Shown here: positions 31,011 through 43,600 of the stretch, one piece after another | Numbering within the stretch: the first letter of the stretch is position 1 | Layout of the letters: every line of letters begins with the position of its first letter | Virus record (IMG/VR): IMGVR_UViG_3300042292_000979 | DNA: 64,000 bases | From: a virus | Strand: one strand, 5' to 3' | The notes under the pieces: model-generated | The model's database searches: none | Told to the model about the DNA's origin: nothing | Seen by the model: the letters and a program-made list of their open reading frames with translations, nothing else | Program-made: the position numbers and the translations under genes

Positions 31011-34000
31011 ATGGCAGACATAAACCCTTCAACGTTAGCTCCAGGTCTTGGTCGAGAAATAAGCAAAATACCTAGATCTGTTATAGAAAAACAGGACATC
31101 TATGCAAGAGGTTTAGTAAGATTTGATGAAGCTACTAATGACCTAATTAACACCGCAACTTCAACGCGTTATAAGACTTTACAGGAAGCAATAAATGATA
31201 CAGCTAGACTTGGTATTTCTGAAGTAAACGTATTTACTGGAACAAGAGGAGTTTTATCTCCAGACCCTTCTGGCTTTGGACCCCTTTCTGATTTAACATA
31301 TAACATTAATGAATATTTAAGATTAGATAATCCAGAAGCAAAAGCATTTAAGTCAAGACACGCAGTGTTAAGTAGTCTTGAAGGAAAAAATATTGAATTA
31401 GTAAGAATTGGATATTCAGACACTACAGGCGAAACAGTAAGTCAAATGTCTCAACTGTATGACGATCTAGTAAGTTTTCCAGATTTAGATATTATGGCTG
31501 GTGGTGGTGTAGAGAAACGATTAGCAAAAGGAGACATTTTACCACCAGGATACTTGGCATCGAGAGATGGTTCTTCTATTCTTTTAAGGTTAAGATATCA
31601 AACAGATGAAGGATATAAGTACTTAAGTGGTGAAGAAACAGTTTCTTTATTCAATACATTAGATGTTCAAGATTTTAATATAGATAGATTAGCAAAACTT
31701 ATAGACCCATTAGATGCTGATGGATCTATGAATCTTGGAAAAAACTCGGAACAAATATTAGGTAATCAACTTGGCAAATCTGGTAAAAGGAAATGGCAAA
31801 GTTTAGTAGAAAGAAATATGGTTATCGATCAAGAAGGAGTTGGTGATATTGTTAGTCATTTATCTAAAAGAGTAGATAGTCAGTTTAGAAGTGTAGCTCC
31901 AAAAACTCTTGAAGATTCATATTTATTTTTTGATCCAGCTTTAGAAACAACATTAAAAGCTTTTGGCTTAGAAGAAAGCTACACCAATACATTGTTGGGA
32001 GACGCTTCACTTACTAAACAGGGAAGATTAGGTATTCTCAGGGAAAGACTTGGAACCGGCATTGCCATGGAGGGAGAAACAGCGCAATCAGCTCAGCAGT
32101 ATTTTCGTTCAGCTTTAGAACTACAAGGTTTAGCTGGAGAAGATGAGTTTAATCAATTTGCAGGTGTTATACAATCACAGTTTAGAGAAAGTATTGCAGA
32201 TAAAAAAAATCAAAAAATTTCTTTAGATGACATTATATCAAGAATAGAAAAAGCGGCTGATGGAGAAGGCGTCCCTGCTGAACTTAAAGGAAAGTATCAA
32301 AGATACGTAAACGCTCTAGGTGAAATGAAAAAGATAGATGACGGTTCTGGATTTATTACCGGTGTACCCATGAAGCAACATGCAAATAGTCTAAGGTCTT
32401 CCATAAAAGAAGCTGAAGCAATACTTAGTGCTAATACTTATGCGGAAGGTAGCGATGAAGCGATTCATCTTACTGGAAAAATTCAAACTTTTAGATCTGA
32501 ACTAGACAGAATCGTAACTGATTCTGATAGTTTTTTAAAAGGAGGAAAATTAGCTTTAAGAGAGTTTAAACACGATACAGCTAGAATGTTCATAGGAAGG
32601 GGTCAGGGTAAATCTGTTTTTGACTTAATACAAGGAGAGATGGAAGATCGTTTAGCTAACCTTGGCTACATGGGCGCTGGCTCAACTGAGCTTCTTAAGA
32701 AAGAAATTAGTTTTGCCAGATTAGCAGCGCCTGGCAGTGGGGAATTGGGCCCACATGTTGGCCAGCAAATCACTATGCAAATAAATAAAGGGCATGGCAG
32801 GGACATGGTTTATAGTGAACCACAAGCTATGTTATTCCACAGGGAGCAATATGGTGAAGACTTTGCTAGGCAAGTTGGTGAAAGCGCTCAAATTCTCGAA
32901 GGAGAAATAAAAAACATTTCTGATGGAATTGTAAGTGAAAGATTAAGAAGGTCAATACTAAACGACGCAACTCTTGATGTAGAGGGTATGGATACAGAAA
33001 CGCTAGTTGAAAGATTTGGTAGTAGAGAAAACGCAGTTAGAATTAGAACAAATGCAAAAAATCTACAACAAGTTTTGTCATCTGGGCAAGTAAGAGTAAA
33101 CGAAATACCAGAGATAGCTAATCAGTTATTAAATCAAGCTCAAAGAGAAGCATTTAGAGATGGAAAAACATATAAGAGATTTGTTGGCGGAAAAGTTCAA
33201 GACATGCCAATATTTAATTACGCAATGCCTTACGCGCAAAGACAAGCTATAGATACCGAAGGAAGAATATCAAGAGGTGTTGGCAGTAAAGTTCTTGGAG
33301 TTACAGATGACACCACGTTTAGTAGATTTACAACTAAATTTGGAGATGAATCATATAATTTATCTTTATTTAAATTTAGACACGTTGGACATAAGATGTT
33401 AGTTCCAGATATCGCCTCTTCGAGTTTAGGTTTATATGAAGCTGGTGGTGGATTCGACTTAGACGATAAATGGATAACTAATTTACAATCAATTAAAAAT
33501 AGTGAAGGTGTAAGAAAACTTGCATCATTTGCTTGGCGTCAACCAACTGGTCCTCAAGAATTTGCGCTTATGGCACCTCATCTAGATGAAGACACTATAA
33601 TGAGAATGTTTGGCGATGAAACTCAAATGGGAGAAAAGTTTAGAAGAGTTTCAAATTCGGTATCTGACATGATAAATAATAGAACTGGATTTGTTCTTGA
33701 TCTTTCTTCCGATTTAAGTGGTCAACCGTCAGCTTTAGGTATGGAGCAATTAAGTAAAGAAGAAAAAATATTTAAATATCTTAACTCACTAGCTCATGGC
33801 TCAAAAGAAGTAGCTCAAAAATTTAAACAATCCGCTGGAGATATAACTCAAGAAGATTTAGAAAGAGCTATATTTAAGTTGGTTGACTTGAATGGAGAGC
33901 AAGGAGCTTCAGTCGAGCTATTTACGGGTCAAGCAAGTGTTAATGTAGATGATTTCGCAAGGGAATATATGGGTGCTGGTGAAGGTGGAGTTAAATCAGT

Positions 34001-37000
34001 AAAGAGTAAGTACTTTAATATTGGAGCAACATCAGATGCAATAATCAAAAAAGCCGCTATGACAGACAAAGGAGTAATGTTAGCATTAAATGCAGATGAA
34101 ATATTAGAATCCGGAAATGCTGGACTCATAGCAAGTTATAGACAAAGTAGTTTAACTCAAATTTTAAAGTCTTCAGCTTCCCCTGTTGAAGATAAAATTT
34201 TTATCAATTCAATTGAAAAAATGTACAATTCGCAAATGGGAGCAGGTTCCTACAAGGAAGCTTTTGATTATGTGTCTAGTAGATCAGCTGATACGGTAAT
34301 GACCCCTATGGATTTTGCTGTTAGAGTATCAGGAAGATTGTATAAAAACTCAGTGCAAGATGGGTTAGAAGAAGTAACAATGCGGAGTTAAAACTGCCTT
34401 AGATTCAATGTTTCAAAGAGCTAACGTTGCTTCAATGTCTGCTTCTCGTGGAGAGTTGGGCAAATATGTCAATAGACTTGGTTGGGCAGTTTCCTCAGAA
34501 GAACAAAGACTCGCAGCGCTAGGTAGACTAAAGGATTATGCACAAGGACCAAATGGAAACATAGAATTAGAAAAATTAATTACAAATATTGAAGCTATGA
34601 CATCTCTTGTTCAAAATCCAGAAGGCGCAATTGACTCAGCTGTAGGCGCAAGTATGAAAATAAATTTGGCCGCAACAAATAAAGATATGCTCATGGCATA
34701 TAATCTCACTAGAGACGCTGGCTTCTCTGATGAAGTTGCTCAAGGAGCATTATCAAACGCATTGTATTCCCTTATGTCGGAAGACAACGCTACTGACTTA
34801 CATGCAATAGCAGGAAGAGCCGGATTGGATATTGCAGATTTTACTGACAACTCTAAGCTTGTAAACGCAATACTTTCAAGAAATGATAAATTTAGCGAAG
34901 AATTAATTGGTCTTATAAACGTAGCAACAGAAAATACAGGAACAGCACTTGTTTCTAATACTGCAAAACAAATGGGTATGATAAGAGCTTTACAAGAGTT
35001 GTATCCCGAAGCAGATTTTAGCGGAATAGGAATGGTTGGATTTGACGACTTTGCAACACACTTAAAATTATCTGGTATTACAGATCTTGCAGGCAAAGGT
35101 GATGTTAATACGGTAATAGATTCAATCGTCAAAGGAGCAAACGAAGTAGCAGGAGCTCTTGGGGTAGATTTACCAAAAGGTAGTATCATACAAAAGATAG
35201 ATGATATTACTAGGGCTGTGAATGCATCAAAGGGTGTTAAAAAAGTAACTGGAGAAGAAGTTAAGCTAAAACTTCTTGAGCTTTTTGGCCTACAGGGCGA
35301 AGCTAAAGAAAATTTTGGAACAGCTAACATAGATGACATCATGACAAGCGTCAATGCTAAACTCTTAAGAGCTCAAGAGAGGCTTGGTAGCATAAAGTAC
35401 AATCAGTATGCGCCATTTAAAACCCTCGCTGATGCCTTTAATACGGAACAATTAAATGAGGCGATGAATGAATTAAGTGGAGTTCTTACAACTCGTTTGG
35501 GAGATCCCGAAGGACTCGTTGGAAAAACAATGCAAGACATAATGATTGAAGATAGTCTTTTAAGGGATATTGAAGACATGAAATTTAATGGCTACACACT
35601 TCGCAGTAGAAAAGATGTAGCAGCAAAATTAATTGAGAGAAATTTAATGACCGAAGATGAATTATTTGATTTATTAGAGAGTAAATCACCTCGTCTTTTT
35701 GAACAAAAAAGAACAACGATTATAAATACACTAAGAGCATCAGATAGTTTTGCGCAACAAGAAGCTAAAACCACTCTTCAAGAATTTTTTACTGCTCATA
35801 TCCAAAGATTTCAAACTGATGAAACTAAATTTAATACCGTAGAAGATGTTATGGATAAATTATTGTTTCAGATAGAAGAAATGAAAAACGCAACACGCAT
35901 TTCAAATCCTAGTATCATTGAAGAAACTAGTAGAAGAATGGGATTTGCATTTGAAAATGCACTAGCCTCAGCTGAGGCAATTGAAATTGCAGTACCGGGA
36001 ATGAAGCCATTTACCCTTCAAGAATTATCTGCTTTTGTTAGAACTAATAATGAATTAAGGTTAACTAACTTTTCTGCAAAAAATCAAACTGATGATATGG
36101 TTAATTTAATAGAATCACTTGCAAGCAAAAATGCTGATTTAGATTTAACAGTTCCATCTAACTTAATGGATAAAGACTTTTTATCTAAACTATTTAAAGT
36201 AGATAGAATCTCAGCAACAAATGCTGAGATTAATATGCTGGAAAGAGTTCCTAAATTAGTTAACCCAGAAGAAGTTCAGCAAGTTTTAGATGGCATGATT
36301 AAATCTTCAATAGATTTAGAATTCTTAGAAGATTTTCTTGCTTTTAATGGAGAAGACTTAGATCCAACAGGTGGCATTATTGGTCAAAGAATAAGAAACG
36401 CTGCTGTTGGTAAATCAGAAGAAGAAATTGCACAAGAGATTTCAAATAGAGTAAGATTAATAGGTTCAATTAAAAGGAGATATTCTGCTGTGCTGGAAAC
36501 GCAGCGTCCCGCATATGCTCAATTTAATGCCATGCTAGAGGGTGGTGAAGAAATAGCAGAAGGAATAATTACTCCTGGTTTAAGGGGTGAAGCAACCGAA
36601 AGATCGCTGGGAACAATTGATGAAGCAATAGAAAACATGATGAAGAAATTTATGCGTGAAGCCGATGATAAAGCAGCTAGCGCACTCCGTGCGTCACTTG
36701 CTAGTAGTTATGGTGATGCGGGAGCTACTGCTTCTGGAAAATATACAAGAATACAAGACTTTATGAAGTCACCACAGATGAGAGAATTATATGAAGGCGC
36801 ATTAAAAAATAAAGGAAAGATAGCTGGTGTAGCAGCGATAGCCACTGGTCTTGCAATTTTTGGATCTATTAATAAAAAAGAACATACTCAAGAAGCAATG
36901 TCTGGTCCACCATTATTGCCGGGTGGTAATCCATACGAGAGAATTCCAAGTTCACCAATGGGATTTTCAGACGCGCCAATTTCACAAAATGGTCAAGGAA

Positions 37001-37159
37001 TGTCTTATAATATATCAGTAGATGGAGATCAGGACAACATGGAGCAATTTATGAATAGAGCTCGGATTAGTAACAAATGGGAATGTCCAAGGTACTATGC
37101 ATGATAGCCTCCCTTCTTTAGGACGTAATCCTTACGACGATATAGCGGGTTCTTTCTAA
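31011..37159 (+). CDS. Giant virion protein (~2048 aa), candidate single-chain two-barrel RNA polymerase-like; needs +1 recoding at 34383 and 37063
   Basis: Track ORFs 31011..34391 and 34408..37104 join at ATG CGGA GTT. Motifs in order: DDGSGFI, ARMFIGRGQGK, STELLKK, GGGFDLDDK, WRQP, LGKYVN, EGAIDSA. Confidence 0.5.
34383..34386 (+). other. Recoding site 5: ATG CGGA GTT
   Basis: The +1 frame is closed by TAA 34375 and the 0 frame by TAA 34389; the 11-nt window has no homopolymer and contains CGGA. ATG 34408 has no obvious RBS. Confidence 0.8.
37063..37066 (+). other. Recoding site 6: GCT CGGA TTA
   Basis: The 0 frame gives RISNKWECPRYYA*. The +1 frame gives GLVTNGNVQGTMHDSLPSLGRNPYDDIAGSF* (TAA 37159), which fills the gap to the next RBS. 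Confidence 0.6.
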
Positions 37160-37185
37160 TTTTAAATTAAAGGATAAATTATTTT

Positions 37186-37654
37186 ATGGCTGATAACCTT
37201 CCTACTGGATCTGGTGGGGTAGCTAAAACTAACGCCAATTTAGTGGCAGCTGCTTCAGGGCCAAAAGCTAACAGTGGCACCCCTAGCCCAGCTGGTGCAG
37301 CAATTACTTCACGGGCTAGCTAAAAGAACAAACGATTCAAGGTCAGCAAGCATACATGGATTCTCTCCAGAAGCTGAAGCCCCATCTGATCCGCTAAAGG
37401 GATCATATGAAGGATACATGAATTCATCTCCAGCTTACATCCAAGCTAATGGAGCTGGTTATGATAATAAAGCAAATCAACAAGCAAGATATAATAAAAA
37501 AAGCTTTTCCCTTACTGGCGATTCTTTAGCATTAAAAAATAATTCAAATAATATAAAAAATTCTGCTATAATAGATAACTATTCAAGTTCTTTAAAAAGA
37601 AATTCTTCTGGAGACAGACTGTTGCAAATGCGTAAAATAGAAGGAATGTTTTAG
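37186..37654 (+). CDS. 155-aa hypothetical virion protein; needs +1 recoding at CGGG 37312
   Basis: ATG 37186 follows an AAGGA RBS; codon 43 is CGG and TAA follows at 37321. The +1 frame (GLAKRTNDS...) is the track ORF 37274..37654. Confidence 0.7.
37312..37315 (+). other. Recoding site 7: TCA CGGG CTA
   Basis: The only CGGG variant; two sense codons then TAA. Confidence 0.7.
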
Positions 37655-37663
37655 GTAGTATCT

Positions 37664-40600
37664 ATGACTATAAATCAAGAAGCATTCTATTACATAAAAG
37701 AACAGTTTACCACTAAGCAGCAAGTAGACGATTACGTTCTTGAAATCCAACAGGTAACATTAAACGCAAATTCAAACATACAACCTGGGCCAGCATTAGC
37801 TAAATTACAAACAGTTTTACCTGGTTTTGCCGGCACGATAGGTGTGTGGGCTGGTGTTGAGAGATTGCCATGGGGTATTAAAATTGCTCCACCTGATTTT
37901 AATGATATTGCTTGGCGTAATGCGGCAATTGCAGCCATTAAAATACAAGATACAAAAATGAATGCTGAAAACGATATCACTTATATAGTTGGCATTCTAA
38001 AGAAGTTTGATAAAAAAATACCAACTAAAAATGTTGATTTAACAGACGTAGCTTACGCAAAAGCATTTGAAGCATGGTATAGCGCAGCTTATTCTAAGGT
38101 TGATTCGTGCTGGCACTATATAGAGTCAGCTTCAGCAATGGCTAGCTTTATTGCAGAAAGAGTAAAAAACTTTAATATAGATAGTGATAATCCGGAAGAT
38201 GTTCAAGAACCTCCAGCCGTTGATGAGAATTCACTTGGTACAACAATAGAAAGGGCAGCGGCTTTAGAGGAATTCATAAGACGTGGAGCAGCTATAATTG
38301 GTTTTGATCATTCCGATAACTCTTATTCTTCAATTTCTCAGTATTATGAAAGCTTAGTAAGAAAAAACAATGCGAGTTTTGTTTATGATAAAGCTTTTCA
38401 GGATAACTATGTTAATCAATTCATAGCAGTTGCATCTCCAAGTACGGATATATATAAGTTAAATGACACTTACCAAAAATCTTTGTTTGATAAAATTGAA
38501 GCATCGGGTCTTTTTGATCTATTAAGCTACATCGATGCAATGCAGGCATTTGGTAGAGCTAGACTGTCTACCCTTGAAAGAGTTACGGGTAGTGCCGGTG
38601 CAGCAAACGTATTAGATGGAGTAAGAGACACTGGTTGGCTTCAGCAGCTTACTGTTGTCCTACAAAGACTCTCTAGAGATCCCGTAACATTAGCTACAAT
38701 CTATAGATATTTCCCAGAGCTAGTTAATTTCTTTTTTGCCGCACTAGCAGCAACGGCTGACTATTCAAACGGTGGAAAAGGTGGCGGCTCAGAAGATAAA
38801 CTTAATGATGGTCAAGCAGTATTAAATGATTTGATGGCTGCTCTTGGTCAAGTTAATGGTGAAAATATTTTTACTGGTGCGTGGGATCTAATTAACACTG
38901 GTCAAAGAATAGAAAAAGCTATTGCAGAGTTTCCGTTTAGACAAAATATTCCACCGTCTTCTCCTGATATATTTCATCTTAGATTAGGTGCAGCTAATTT
39001 CTATGTGCCACCAATTGGTATTGATGTTCAAACTCAATTCAAAACAAGTAGCTTAGGAGAGGGCGCGCTAAGACAAAAAAATAGTCCAAAGTTTAATTCT
39101 GGATACAAGCATACAACTGTCAGTATGCAATTGTTCTTTCCAAACTATGAGGAGATATGGGGTATTTCAATCGAAGACGCTTCAAAAATTACCCTTAAGG
39201 ATAACTTCACAATAGACTTTAGTGGCAATGGTGACAATGAAGAAAAGATAGATAAGTTCCTTTCATCGCTAAGAGGTTTAGTTGCCGCGTTTAAGTATGC
39301 GCCATTTCTTCCTATTAGAAATCATTATCTAAATTCTGTATACGGAATAACTGGTGTTGCCCTTCAGGGGATGTCGATCTCGACAATACCAAGCTACCCA
39401 TTTGCATTAGTGGTTACATTAAATCTATACAACTTTAACCATAAGCCTTTCCTACCGATGCTTAATGACTTTAATCAAGCAATACATTGGGGTAAGTTTA
39501 GGCAGTATATGGGCAAGGCAGCTGGAGCTCTTCATAATTATATAAATGAAGAATTCTTAATGTTTGGCAAAGAGGGTCTCCTTAATGCAACAAAAGACGC
39601 AATGGTTTCAGTTGCCGAAGCAATGCTTGACACCGATAGAGACGGAGATGTCACTCAGGATGACTTAAGAGGCATTCAGGCGGCTTCTGATAGGCTCTCG
39701 GCCCAAGCTGGGATATCTCCTTCTAAGATCGTTAACGACGCTCTCCTTGGCTATAAGAACGAAGTGTTTACTACTAACGTAGTTAGAGAATGGACAAACG
39801 GTAGCAACCTATCATTTTACATGCCAGCTGAAACTCAAACTAAAATATTTACTCCAGACGTATCTGGATTTCAATCCGCTGAAGAAAAAGGCTTGACTGA
39901 TACAGGTAGAAGTTTTTGGAATCAAATGTTGGCTAACTTTGGTATAGATATAAATGAATCAGCTGGATATCATAGAGATTTAGATTCAGTTATAACAACT
40001 TCAACAGGAAATATCGTTGAGTATACTGTTAATCAAAAAATCGTACAAAGTATTGACATATTAACTGCGGGAAGAAATACAACAGACTTTCAAAAAAAAG
40101 CTTATGATTTTATCATAACAAGTTTTATATTTCAGAATCCACAGCTTGATTCCGATAGGAAAGCCTACTTAAGAGATTTTGATAGAACAGAAAACGCATA
40201 TGAAGATACAGAAAGATATGTTTTTGGAGCAATTGTTTTCCAGGATGAAACACTATCTCAGATAAAATCTTTCTTTAAATCTAAAGCATTGAGCACAACC
40301 TCTTATCTTGATTTTTTGGTTGATGAGTATTTGCAAAAAAGAGCAATAAATGCAGGAAAAACTAAAGATGATGAATGGAAAGAGAACGAAAGATCAATAA
40401 TTAAGAAGCAGTTTGCTGCTGGTTATAGTTCTATGGTGTATGAAAGATTCTTTAAGGCTGGACCAATCAGAGATTTGATGGAGGCAGCTAGAGAAAGAAA
40501 CGGGAGTTTCCACATAAGAGAGTGGGAAGTGCCAATGATAAGAGTTGATATAGATCCAGCTAACGCAATCGTTACCGATGTCTCTATCTCAATGAGTAAT

Positions 40601-43600
40601 AACATAATTCCTCTGCAGGTACAAATGCAAGATGAGCCAACCTATCAACACATTGGTGGTGGAGATAGTTATATAAATATTTCCATGAAAGTATTTGGTG
40701 AAAAAGAATTAATAAAATTAAGAAAAATATTTGATCATATTAACGGATTAGCCAGACTCGAACATGCTGCTGGTGTTATGGGCTTTTTGGGTATCAAAAA
40801 TATAATAACAGCTTTAGCTGGGGTTAAGTATGTTCTTCCTCTTTCGTTCAATGTTTCAACTATCCCAAATTTTCCACATGTCTATGATGTTTCTTTAAGA
40901 TTAGTAGACTTTGATATATTTCAACAAAAGCGTGAACAGTTATCTTCTGATCAACAAAGAAAGATGATTGAAGAATTCGGAACAAAGAAAAATCCATTCC
41001 TAAGAATGAAGCAGCTGTGGGGCTCGTTTAATTCATATCCAGACTTTCCATTGGAGATTAGAAATAAGGATAGCGAAGTTGTAGGATGTCTTGATCCAGA
41101 TTTCTATTTTAGAAGTTTTGAGATGTTCGATAGAGACGTTATACGTAGCGTTACCGAAAATAAAGGTAAGCTCTCTAGGCTTAATACATTTAATGTTGAC
41201 CCATCTAAGGAAATAACAGTAGTAACACCCTATGGATCAATGACCCATAAGGGTTCTGCGGTCGTTGCTAAGTTTAGAGAATATATATTAAATGATCAAT
41301 TAGATGAATTAAAAGCTTACTCTAGGGGAACATTAGGATTAAAGGCTTCAGAAACAGCTTCTTATATAATGGAAGCCTTGTTAGACGTTGATCAACCTCA
41401 TGATAAATTTTTATTAAACTATGTAGACTCTTTAGACGAAGGTGAATTTGATACTAAGGATTTAGCTGACTCTAGTTGGAGACTATCTTCTGGTCAATTA
41501 AAAGCTGGAGACCTATCAAGCTCCAATGAAGAAGCAAGATCAAAGCTACAAGCTTCATTAGGTGGAACCGCAGATGGTTTTGCGGAAGACGGATACATAA
41601 GCTTTAGCCCAGATGAACTAGACGCACATGCTATTATAAATACTTTTCCATCAGCAGAACTTGGTGACCCAAAAATTCCATCAATGATACATACTGCAGA
41701 CGGATATCAATTTGGATATATCGATAAAAAAAATGGAAGATTTTATTTAACCGTAGATGACGTTGCTGTTAAAAAAGATAGTTCAGTTGAATACGTGGGA
41801 ATAACCGACACTCAGACACCAGATGTTGGAACAACAAAATCTTTAACCGGAGTTCCTGGAGCAAAAGCGCTATCTGAATATCAGTACTCATACTCGTCAG
41901 GGGATGAAGGTAAACCAGAGACCATGAAGTCAAATGGTAATTCAAAAAGTGTTACTGATCACTGGGAAAAAATGATGGTAGATACTCAGTATAGAGATAT
42001 ATCAGGAAGAATGGTCAGAGCTTTCCCTACATATATGCTCTGGTTAATAGACGAAAAGAATTTTGCTGGCACAAAACTATTTGACAATTTCTACGGACTG
42101 CAGTCTATAATAGATTTCTCTGTAGTATCCTCTGAGGATATCTTAGGTGATACGTTGGTATTTAGAGCTTCCAATATGTACGCAAAGCTTTCTACAAAAG
42201 AAGCTACAACAATATTTAGTGGAAGTGGTGAAACAGAAGATAAGCCTGGTGTAGATAAATTATCACTAACTTCTGGTCTTGAACAGGTAATTGATAGAAC
42301 TTTAAATTTTGCAAGAAATCAATTAGGTCATATGGAAAGTCAGTACATTGTTGACATAGAAAACATAAGACTTAAGCCAGGCGTAAGAGTTCATCTAAGA
42401 GTTGGTTATGGCGCAAATCCAAACTCACTTCATACCGTATTCAATGGTGTAATAACTGAAGTTGAATTGGGAGAAATAGTTACTGTCACATGTCAATCTG
42501 ACGCTATTGAACTTAGTCCAGTTGTAAACTCTGTTGACAAAAAAGGATCTAGCGGTCACATAGATGGCGGTCTTAATACTGGATTGTACTTATCTGAACC
42601 AAGAGATTTAATGGTTAGACTTCTTTCGATGGGCACATCTAGAACAAGAGAAGCTTTTGCGCATGCAACAAGGGGAACTGTATTTTCTGAAAATAAATTT
42701 GGAATTAAACACTTCGGCATGATGCTGTACGAGCCTTTAACAGATGCAGAACGAAATAAGAACGCCGGTATCAGAAATGCAGCGTCAGATGCATATCTGG
42801 CAGTTGGTCAGGGTAGTGGCATAACCGGTGGAGCTGGTACAGTAGCCGGTGTTTTAAACCCATTTGGTGATAACTCAAATGGAACTGGAATTGGTGGATC
42901 ACCATTTGGTATCGACGTAAGACTACCAATGGTTGGAATCATGAGAACAATGTGGTCAAACTTTGCAGCACAACCAGATCTAGAGTTGTTTAAGAGAAAT
43001 ATTTATCCAGGAAACGGAACTGGTGTAGCTCAATTTCTTGGTGGTGACCTAGGAGACGGTTGGTCAAATGCGGCATCCTTGACACCCGAAGACATGCCAA
43101 ATCCAAGGTTAGATTATCAAAATAGACTTACAGATTCTTCGTGGAATAATCTACTTCAAAGATATGATGGAGGATCCAAAAACGCCTCAGCTGCAATAGA
43201 CAATCTAACGTTGGGAATGGAAGCAAGAGCTAGTGGCGGAACTGCAGCTGCAGTGCTTGGTGGAGGACTGCTGGCAGCAGGAACTGCATTAGCCATTGGT
43301 ACGGGTGGTATTGCACTTCCATTCATAGGTGGAGCTATGGCAGTTGGCGGAGGAGCATCACTGCTTGGAGGATTAAGTGGTAGAGGTGGTGTAAACATTT
43401 GGAAAACGTTTGGATTAATTAGTGACCTTGACGACGACATGGCAGGCTTTGATGAGGTTTCATTTAGAGCGCAAACATACATGAAATCTGTTTGGGATCT
43501 TTTTCAAATGTGCGCAAGACTACTTCCAAACTACATTGTTGCCGTAAGACCATTTGAAGATAGGTCAACTGTATTCTATGGTAAGCCACACTGGTTGTAT

